DNA of 64,000 bases, taken from assembly GCA_000004695.1 (NCBI GenBank), contig CM000152.2, positions 6,144,001 to 6,208,000 on the forward strand, written 5' to 3'. Below the pieces are notes generated by a model that did no database searches, was not told the origin of the DNA, and saw only the letters and a list, made by a program, of their open reading frames with translations. This DNA comes from Dictyostelium discoideum. Taxonomy: Eukaryota. This document shows positions 55,903-64,000 of this stretch, piece after piece. The translations under genes and the position numbers were made by a program. Each line of letters starts with the position of its first letter. Position 1 is the first letter of the stretch.

Positions 55903-57021
55903 TTGATCATTACTCACCGTGGCATTCCAAAAGGAGTAATCGAACTCAAAAGTGAAGAATTTTCTGAAGAATCATATGGTCAACTCTTTGGTTACATATT
56001 CTTACTCCAACATACACATGGTGTATCAAATATCTTTGGTATTATAAGCTGCTACTTTAAAACTAGAATTGCATGGTTGGGTGGTAACAAACTCGTTGAA
56101 ACTGAAAAAGTTGAAGAATTGTCACCTATATCCATATCAAAATTATATTCACCATTCGTTCAGCAAATTCAAGTTCCAATAAAACTTTTTTTGGGTGATC
56201 ACCCAAAAAAGGATAGGGTTTCACACCAACTTGATCAAACCAAAGAGATTAAGAGATTCTTATTTGTATCACCAGAAATCACTCACACTGACCGTACCTC
56301 AAATGATGAATCAAAATTGGTTAGATCACTTTGTTCTGTTTTTAAAAAGATGTACTATTCCAACATTAGCCAAAGTTTACAATTGAAAAATACATTTATG
56401 GAATTCACTCGAAATTCTTTTAAATGGGTAGAGTTAAATAAAATTAGTTTTACTGATGACGATGAAAATAAAGATGATGATAATACAGTATCAATAGAAT
56501 ATGTAATTGAAGATATTGAAAACAAGGAAAATTACAAAAAGATTTATTTAATTTCAGATTTAGGTTCAGGTGTAGAAGGTAAAGCATGGTTAGCAATTAA
56601 CACTCAAGCCAAAGCATTTGTAATCAAGTTTTTCGACACAAAAAAACAAAATCTTGAAATTGAAGAAGAAAGTAAACTTTGGTATGATATTTGGGGAATC
56701 AAAACCTTGGTTTTAGAGTTTAATAATGAACGTTGTTTATTGATGCCATATTTTAAACCAATTACCCCTGTTGATTACAACAAAGATGGTTTTAAAGATA
56801 GATTAATGGATGCTTGTAATCAGTTTTCAAATTCAGGCTATTTACATTCAGATTTATCATTAAGACATGTTGGCAAATATAAATATAATGATGAAGACAA
56901 TTTTATATTTTTTGATTTGGGTTTAGTTGAAATCATTAAACAAGATGCTGCAAATAAAATGTTTAAAAATGTAACTGATAATATTGAGATAAAGAAAAAG
57001 AAGAAGAAATTCAAATTTTAG
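55903..57021 (+). CDS. Atypical protein-kinase-like protein (372 aa). It has a glycine-loop-like 'DLGSGVEGKAWLA', 'FVIKFF' and a catalytic-loop-like 'HSDLSLRHVG', with no classical DFG/APE spacing.
   Basis: Motifs were read from the ORF translation. The 66-aa ORF 55706..55906 (MQDLEEKINKITKEIQNETDEQNKKKLEEDKD…) ends one base into this ORF in another frame. It could be a 5' extension separated by a frameshift or an unrecognised intron. Confidence 0.4.
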   Translation: MIITHRGIPKGVIELKSEEFSEESYGQLFGYIFLLQHTHGVSNIFGIISCYFKTRIAWLGGNKLVETEKVEELSPISISKLYSPFVQQIQVPIKLFLGDHPKKDRVSHQLDQTKEIKRFLFVSPEITHTDRTSNDESKLVRSLCSVFKKMYYSNISQSLQLKNTFMEFTRNSFKWVELNKISFTDDDENKDDDNTVSIEYVIEDIENKENYKKIYLISDLGSGVEGKAWLAINTQAKAFVIKFFDTKKQNLEIEEESKLWYDIWGIKTLVLEFNNERCLLMPYFKPITPVDYNKDGFKDRLMDACNQFSNSGYLHSDLSLRHVGKYKYNDEDNFIFFDLGLVEIIKQDAANKMFKNVTDNIEIKKKKKKFKF

Positions 57022-57455
57022 GTATTAAAATAAGATTCCCTCCAACCCCACTTATAACACCAATTAAAAATTGGTACCAAGTTTATTGTGAAAGATAAAG
57101 AATTATAAGATAAGAAGAAAAGGATGTTAGCTAAATTGGTTACAAATTTAGAGATTTTTATCTTTTTTGTGTGCTATAGATAGAATGTATAAAAATTAGA
57201 TTTATAAATAGTTTTTTTTATATTTTTATTTTATTCAAATTAAGAATTTAATTTTATTTTTATTTTTTTATTAATAATTAAAATTTATAATAAAAATTAA
57301 TTACCATGTTTTAAATAAAATAATAAAAATAATATCCAGATATTTCCAACTATTTTTCTTTTTATTTTTTTTTTTTTAAAAATTTTATTTTTTTTTTTTT
57401 ATTTTATTTTTTTTTTTATTTTTTTTTATTTTTTATTAATTTAAAATTACAAATA

Positions 57456-58916
57456 ATGATAACCAGATTACCAATTTATTTACAAAAATATATTATTAAA
57501 ATATTATGTACTCATATTGATTACTATAATAGTTTGGTTCAAACAAATAATGTATTTAGTGATTATAGAAAAGATGAACAAGAAATAAAGAAATTAATGA
57601 TTACCGTTGCATTAGTATCAAGAGAATGGTTCAAAACATTATCAGATAATTTAGTTATATCAGTTGACTTTAATTTTAAAGAAAAAGGTAAAGATCAATA
57701 TTCAATTATAAAAAGTGAAAATGTTGAAACTTTAAAATTACATTTCGATCATGATGACCAACGATTCTATCAAATTGATAGTGATTTTAGACCCATTGAA
57801 ATTCCAATTGAAATTGTAAATGAAAAATTAATGAAACTTTCAATGATGGAACAAACAAATTTCAAGTACCTTTATTTAAGAAATGTAAATAATGATTTCG
57901 AACTTAATATCCTAGATAAAATATACCAATGTAAACAAACAAATGATCAATCAGTAACTCTATGTCAATTTTCATTAAGTCCTTATGTTGATCTTGTAAA
58001 AATCAATCATTTAAAGAAAATAGTATCAAAAATTTTCACTTTATTAATTTATGAAACTCCAAAAATTCAAGTATTAATAGAAACTTTTAAACAATGGTCA
58101 AATACTATAGAATACTTTTTTGTTCATTATTCAAAAAGATCTTTCTCAATTATTGATACTCTTTCATCATATAATGATGGTTATGGTGATGCTAGTGGTA
58201 GTGGTATTGGTATTGGTAGTGGTAGTGGTAGTGGTAGTGGTGGTGGTAGTGGTAGTGGAACTAAAATAAACTATTTATCAAATTTAATACTTTGTGATTA
58301 TTCTCCGATATCAATTAATGAAATAGAAACTTTAATTAAATCATCACCAAAATTAAAATTTCTTTCAATTGGAATATGTTTAAATAGTTTTTTATTTTAT
58401 TTATCAAATGAGACAAATCAAAATGAAAATCAAAAAAAACAATTTTCAGAATACTATTCCCAAATAGATTGTTCTTGTAATGTTTTATGTTTTAATGAAT
58501 CTATTGAAGGAAATTTAATGACAAAAGATGAAAAATCAATTAAATTTAATAATCATTTTTCAAATATCAATAAATACTTGAATGAAAATGAAAATACAAT
58601 TAATCAACTTCGAATTTATAATTATTGTTCATTTAATAATCAAATTCCTATACTTAAACAATTTTTAAAAGCACCAAATTTTTTAATTGGAAAATTGGTT
58701 TCATTTATATCATCTTTTAAATCTTTGAAAATTCTTGAAGTTTACTTTTTCAATGAACAATTATTCAATGAAATCATATTTAAAAATCCAAATATTACTC
58801 ATTATAGAATTACTGTATCAGATGAAACCATTTCAAAAAATGATGCTTTAAAATATTCAACTGAAATATTATCGAAAAATTTTCATATTATTGAATTTAG
58901 AATTAATTTAAAATAA
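57456..58916 (+). CDS. Hypothetical 486-aa protein with an F-box-like N-terminus (LPIYLQKYIIKILCTHIDYYNSL) and a leucine-rich body with irregular repeats. Likely a member of a lineage-expanded F-box/LRR-like family.
   Basis: Single uninterrupted ORF with non-repetitive coding composition and a GS-rich loop (GSGIGIGSGSGSGSGGGSGSG). Confidence 0.5.
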   Translation: MITRLPIYLQKYIIKILCTHIDYYNSLVQTNNVFSDYRKDEQEIKKLMITVALVSREWFKTLSDNLVISVDFNFKEKGKDQYSIIKSENVETLKLHFDHDDQRFYQIDSDFRPIEIPIEIVNEKLMKLSMMEQTNFKYLYLRNVNNDFELNILDKIYQCKQTNDQSVTLCQFSLSPYVDLVKINHLKKIVSKIFTLLIYETPKIQVLIETFKQWSNTIEYFFVHYSKRSFSIIDTLSSYNDGYGDASGSGIGIGSGSGSGSGGGSGSGTKINYLSNLILCDYSPISINEIETLIKSSPKLKFLSIGICLNSFLFYLSNETNQNENQKKQFSEYYSQIDCSCNVLCFNESIEGNLMTKDEKSIKFNNHFSNINKYLNENENTINQLRIYNYCSFNNQIPILKQFLKAPNFLIGKLVSFISSFKSLKILEVYFFNEQLFNEIIFKNPNITHYRITVSDETISKNDALKYSTEILSKNFHIIEFRINLK

Positions 58917-59668
58917 TAATAAAATTTAATAATAAATTTTCCCTTCCAAGAAAAAAAAAAAAAAAAAAAAAAAAACTAAAATTGGAATTATAAATATAAA
59001 CATTTTTACAGATTATTATGACCAACACAATTAATTTATTTGATTTTTATTTTTTTTATTTTTTTATTTTAATTTTTTTTATTTTTATTTTCCTATTTTT
59101 ATTTTTCTATTTTATTTTCTATTTTTATTTTTTTGGGGAGGTGAAAAAATATGTGTCAATTTTTTTTGCATTTTATTAAAATGAGACAATTATTATCACT
59201 AACCAACCTAACAATTAAATTTTTTTTTTTTTATTTATTTTATATTTTTTAATTTTTTTTTTTTGGTTTGGAAAAATGAAAACAATTTGTGTTTCTTAAT
59301 TTTTCAATAGATATATCTCAACGATTTTTTTTTTTTTTTTTATTTTTTTTTTTTCCTGTCTAGATTGTTTTTTGACAATCAAATTAAATTATCTTAAATG
59401 GTATTTTGGGAAAAAACAACGGGATTTTTAAAAAATAAAAAAAATAAAAAAATAAAAATAAAAAATTAAAAAAATAAAAAAATAAAAAAAATAAAAATAA
59501 AAAAAAAAAAAAAATCGTGGGATAATTGTTTATTGTTAGATTATTCGCACTTTAAACAAATTTTAATTATTGTTATTTTTTCATTTATTTAAAAATAATT
59601 AAAAATTGTATTAATAAAAAAAAAAAAAACTAATAATAATAATAATAATAAAAAAGTAATAATAAATA

Positions 59669-61412
59669 ATGGCAGGTGGACCAAGTGATGGGTCGACATA
59701 TTCAAAGAAAACAGCATTTGTTTATATTTTCAATCTTATTGTAGGTGTAGGTGCACTTGCATTACCTTATGGATTTTCAAAAGCAGGTTTAGTTTTAGGT
59801 TTACTTTTTTTAGCAGCAATTGGTTTTCTAGCGTAAGTACTTATTGTTTTTATTATAATAATTACATATTATAATTACATATTACTAATTATTATTATTT
59901 TTATATATAGATTTATAACAGCAACATGGCTTATTGAAGGTTTATCAATTGCAAATTTTATTTTAGTAAATAAAAAAGAAGAAAGAATAATTGGTGATGA
60001 TGATAATGAAAATTATCAAAAACCACCAACTGAAAATGATTCATTAATTAATAGTGAATATTCAGATAATAAAATATTACAATCAAATGCAGAGGATAGA
60101 AATTTATTAGAACCAAGTGGTGGTAGTAGTAGTAGTGATAATGAACAATTTGAAATAAAGAAAAGGGTGGAAGTTGGTGAAATGAGTAAAATGTTTTTAG
60201 GTAATATTGGTTATAAAGTATTCTATGGTGTATTGATTATTTATCTATTTGGTGATTTATCAATTTATGCAGCAACAGTTCCAACAACATTAGCAAATGT
60301 TACAGGTGGTTGGGGTAAATTTACAGATCACACTGTCTACTATTTCTATTTATTCCTATTCGCTTGTTTCGTTGGTCCTTTCTCTTTATTTAATTTTCAA
60401 AAAACAAAATATCTTCAATTTGCTACCTTGATCACTCGTAATGTTGCTTTCTTACTTATGATCATCCTTTCAATTATTTTTATTGCTCAAGGTAATGGTG
60501 CTTCAATTAAACAAGTTCCAATATTTGAAATTTCGTAAGTTTTTAATTAAAATTATAATAATATATTATAATATTTCTAACCATCAACAATTCATTATTT
60601 TTTTAAAAAAGGGAACTTGCATCAATATTTGGTGTTAGTATTTATAGTTTTATGACACACCATTCTATTCCAGGATTTTTAACACCAATTTCAAAAAAAG
60701 ATCGTTTATTTACATTGATGGGATTAGACTTTATATTGGTTTTCATTGCATATGGTACATTATGTGTTGTATCATTATTTGCTTTTGGTGCTGTAACAAA
60801 TCCAACCTGTGCAACTGCTTCAACTTCAATTCATACTTTTATTCCTTGTCAAATTCAATCACTTTATATTTATAATTTTACTTCATATAGTATGTAATTT
60901 ATATATATATATATATTGATATTTTAAAAAAATACTAATACTAATATTTTTTTATTTTTTATTATTTTTTTTATAAAGATAGTAAATTTGTTAGTGATTT
61001 CTTATCTTTATTCCCAGTATTTACATTATCAACGAATTATATTTTAATTTCAATTACTTTACGTAATAATCTTTTACAATTAATTACATGGAAACAGGAT
61101 AAGATAAGTTCAAAAGTTAGAAATGTTGTATTTTCATTAACAAGTTCATTGATTCCAGTTGGTGTTGCATTTTGTACTAGAAATGTATCATTATTAGTAA
61201 ATATAACTGGCTCATACGCTGGTTTAGGTATTATGTTTGTAATGCCAGCTTTAATCTCATTTTATTCAAACAAAATCTTAATTGAACAATATCATATTTC
61301 AAATCCAAAGAAATCTCCATTCTCAAACAAATTCTTTTATTTACTTATCTTATTGATAAGTGTAATTTGTTTAATTTTAGCAACTTGGAAAATTATTATT
61401 ACTTATAAATAA
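59669..61412 (+). CDS. Transmembrane amino-acid transporter (Aa_trans/SLC38-like) of about 500 aa in 4 exons: 59669..59832, 59911..60534, 60612..60889, 60979..61412.
   Basis: N-terminal 'KKTAFVYIFNLIVGVGALALPYGFSKAGLVLGLLFLAAIGFLA', then multiple hydrophobic helices (…YKVFYGVLIIYLFGDLSIYAA…, …FATLITRNVAFLLMIILSIIF…, …LMGLDFILVFIAYGTLCVVSLFAFGA…, …GLGIMFVMPALISFYS…). Donors are GTAAGT x2 and GTATGT. AT-rich introns are 75-90 bp, and all phases are consistent. Confidence 0.7.
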
Positions 61413-61849
61413 ATAAATAAATAAAAATAATAATACTATTTTAAAAATTTATATAAATAAAAAGAGGTTGGTTGTTTTTTTTTTTATTTTTTTTTTTTTT
61501 TCTAAAAAAAACCAATGGCAACAAACCCATTATAAATAGTAAATTAGAATATCCAAATAAAATTTTGAAACCATTGAATATTATAATATCAAATTGTGAA
61601 GATCAAATTGAAGGTAAAATCAATTAAGATACTGAATATACACCATTTAGAATTGAAAACCAAATTCCACCTTCAATTAAATTCTATCAAATTGGTACTT
61701 CAATCATTGATATTTTACCACCATATCGATAAATTGATTATATTTGGGATGAATTACTAGGTACAAAAATTTTACCTCTTGAAATTTCTTCAACAACAAC
61801 AACAACCACAACAACAAATTCAACTAATAATAATAATAATAATAATAAT

Positions 61850-61931
<82 letters not shown>

Positions 61932-62793
61932 GTTCTTTTTTTATAATTTTATAATATAAGTTATTTTTTTTATTTTATTATTTAATTATAATTAAATTTG
62001 TTTTTGAATGCATTTTTATTTAAAAATTCTAAGGTTTATTCAATAAACTTTATTGAAAAATTTAGGGAGTTATATGGCCATATATTTTCGTAATGTCATA
62101 GTGCATAGATAAATCTTTCCTTTCTCTGACACTAGATTAATATTGATCATTTTTTATTTCCCTTTGGATATGATAGTATTGATATGAACATTAACTTTTC
62201 TAAATGATATAGTGCATAGATAAATCTTTCCTTTCTCTACCATTAGAATGGGTTATGATACATATCATATTACTACATTTTCTTTATAAATAACCACTTA
62301 TAAATTCTATTTTCTATATTTTTTAATAGTAAAATTAGATTTTTTTTTTTTTTATTTTTATTTTTTTAATCACTTTTTTACCTTTTATTTTTTTCTTTTA
62401 AATTCTATCCTTAATCTTTGTTTTTGAAATAATACTATTTCATTTTATTTGTTTTAATTTTTTGGTTTTGAATGAAAAAAAAAAAAAAAAAAAAAAAAAA
62501 GGCCAATTTATACTCTGATAATTTTTTATTATTTCCAATTTAAAATTATATAGATTTGTCCTTAAAAAGAATGTTAATTTTTTTTTTTTCCTTTTTTTTT
62601 TGTCAATCAAATTTCTAAATTGGACACTATTAGATGAATCTAAAAAAAACAATTAAATATTTTATTATACTTATTCTCCCCATAAATTATCCATCAACAT
62701 TCAAATAAAAAAAAAAAATAAAAAAAAAAAAAAAAATAAAATAAAATGAAATAAATTTTACAGATTTAATAATTTTAATTTATTGATTTTTGA

Positions 62794-62876
62794 AAAAAGG
62801 TGTTTTGGGTTGTAAAAAAAAAAATAAAAATATAAAAAAACATGTCGCCCCATGCAAACCCAAAACACCTTTTTTC
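62794..62876. repeat. Perfect 19-bp inverted repeat (AAAAAAGGTGTTTTGGGTT … AACCCAAAACACCTTTTTT) with a 45-bp loop. It sits in the convergent 3' intergenic region between the transporter and the villin-like gene.
   Basis: Direct reading: the arms are 62794..62812 and 62858..62876. Confidence 0.8.
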
Positions 62877-63122
62877 GACCTAAATTTTTATTATTCACAT
62901 ATTAAATTTGGGAAACAAAAAAAAAAAAAATTAGCAATTGCAAACAATAAAAAATTATTTATATATAATTGAAGTTTTTTTATTTTATTTTTAAAAAAAA
63001 ATGGAAAAATAAAAGAAGTAAATGAATAATTTCTTTTTTTTTTTTTTTTTTAATTATATATAAATTGGGAAAAAAAAAATATGTAATAAATAAATATTTA
63101 AGGGTTTTTTTTTTTTTTTTTT

Positions 63123-64000
63123 TTAATATAATCTTAATTCTTTTTTCCAAGATTCACGTTTCCATAAAGATAAAGTTTTAAATTGAGCAAGAGTTATCTT
63201 GAAAATTGAAATGAATTCTTCATCAGATAAATATTCTTCTAAACGAGAACCATCTATACCTTTTGGATATTGTTTCTTTACTAATTGATCATATGTATAT
63301 TTTTTAGTATAAAGTTCTAATATTTCCTTTGCTAAAAGTAAATCTTGATCAAAAGAGATAGTTGGAATGACTCTCTTTGAAAAGTCCCAACCATGGAATA
63401 GGCTTGTGAAAATGTAAGGTTCTTTACCATGATAAGTGAGATAGACGGGAATATTTTGTTTTCTTGGTGATGGTAAAGTTGAAGAGTATTCAACTGCTAC
63501 TTCCATTGAAGATTTACGTTCAGTTTCAGTGGTTTCAGTACCGATCCAAATGAAAATTTGTTCGATACCATCAACGATGAAAACATCCTCTTGAAGTAAA
63601 TCCTCTTGAGCAAAAGAAGTGACTTCATCTACAACAAAAGCACCAGAACCAACAGTACAATGATAAAGACGTGGTTCAACTCTTGAAGTGGTTTTTGATA
63701 ATGGATATGGTTGACGACCACCTAAAAGTTTAAAGAATTCTTCAGATTCTTTACCTTCTTCAAATTCAACCAATTTAGATCTACCATTGCTATTTAAAGA
63801 TTTCGATGAGATATTCTTTGAGAATTGTCTTTCCAATTGATTTGATAATTTACCATACCAAATATAGATTGTACCATTGCTTGCGGTGGAATTCAATATG
63901 AAGGAATTATAAGAATTTAAAGTTTGAGTTGAAAGTTTTGATTGAATTGCACGAGTATTGAAATCGGTTGTACCACGAATATGATAAAGAATTGGTTCAT
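63123..64000 (-). CDS. 3' portion (C-terminal 290+ aa) of a villin/gelsolin-family actin-binding protein with a C-terminal villin headpiece. The gene continues beyond the right edge of the window.
   Basis: Gelsolin repeat signature '…EDVFIVDGIEQIFIWIGTETTETERKSSMEVAVEY…'. The terminal headpiece is '…GSRLEEYLSDEEFISIFKITLAQFKTLSLWKRESWKKELRLY' (compare the VHP consensus LSDEEF…FGMT…F..LP.WKQ..LKK..GLF). Confidence 0.7.
   Translation of the reverse strand, partial: EPILYHIRGTTDFNTRAIQSKLSTQTLNSYNSFILNSTASNGTIYIWYGKLSNQLERQFSKNISSKSLNSNGRSKLVEFEEGKESEEFFKLLGGRQPYPLSKTTSRVEPRLYHCTVGSGAFVVDEVTSFAQEDLLQEDVFIVDGIEQIFIWIGTETTETERKSSMEVAVEYSSTLPSPRKQNIPVYLTYHGKEPYIFTSLFHGWDFSKRVIPTISFDQDLLLAKEILELYTKKYTYDQLVKKQYPKGIDGSRLEEYLSDEEFISIFKITLAQFKTLSLWKRESWKKELRLY

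Overview
This window is nuclear DNA from a eukaryote, and the features are strongly Dictyostelium-like (social amoeba). It is about 78% A+T, with homopolymer and AT-only intergenic DNA, coding (AAT)n and (CAA)n runs that translate to poly-Asn and poly-Gln, and short AT-rich introns with GTAAGT/GTATGT donors and AG acceptors. No prokaryotic operons, CRISPR arrays, rRNA or tRNA genes are visible.

The right two-thirds (26.7-64 kb) is ordinary housekeeping and regulatory gene space:
- NF-YA (nfyA), a Mediator Med13 orthologue of about 2,680 aa in 5 exons, and a very large double-PHD-finger protein.
- A GATA zinc-finger factor, a 2-exon hypothetical gene, and an intron-bearing trehalose-synthase-like GH13 gene (TreS).
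- A CH-IQ-DH/PH-PX RhoGEF, a kinase-like protein, an F-box-like protein, an Aa_trans amino-acid transporter, and the 3' part of a villin/gelsolin-headpiece gene.

The left third (3.7-26 kb) is the most interesting region. It is a head-to-tail array, all on the minus strand, of a lineage-specific family of large type I membrane glycoproteins. The architecture is signal peptide, a long N-terminal ectodomain, an IPT/TIG-like segment, Thr/Pro linkers, one EGF-like Cys module, a transmembrane helix and a short basic tail, spread over 5 exons. The array is in birth-and-death turnover:
- One copy has exons 2-5 open (16.6-21.3 kb), but its signal-peptide exon 1 carries frameshifts.
- One copy is decaying (ATG mutated to ATA, two internal deletions, in-frame stops).
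- One copy is heavily deleted.
- One copy is a 5' half truncated at a palindromic tandem repeat.
- Two compact single-exon genes encode only the EGF-plus-transmembrane C-terminal module.
- One fragment is split by a 2.19-kb terminal-inverted-repeat (TIR) element, with a 6-bp target-site duplication and nested hairpin termini, that resembles no canonical transposase-bearing element I can recognise.

All coordinates come from manual translation and may be off by 1-3 nt at splice sites.
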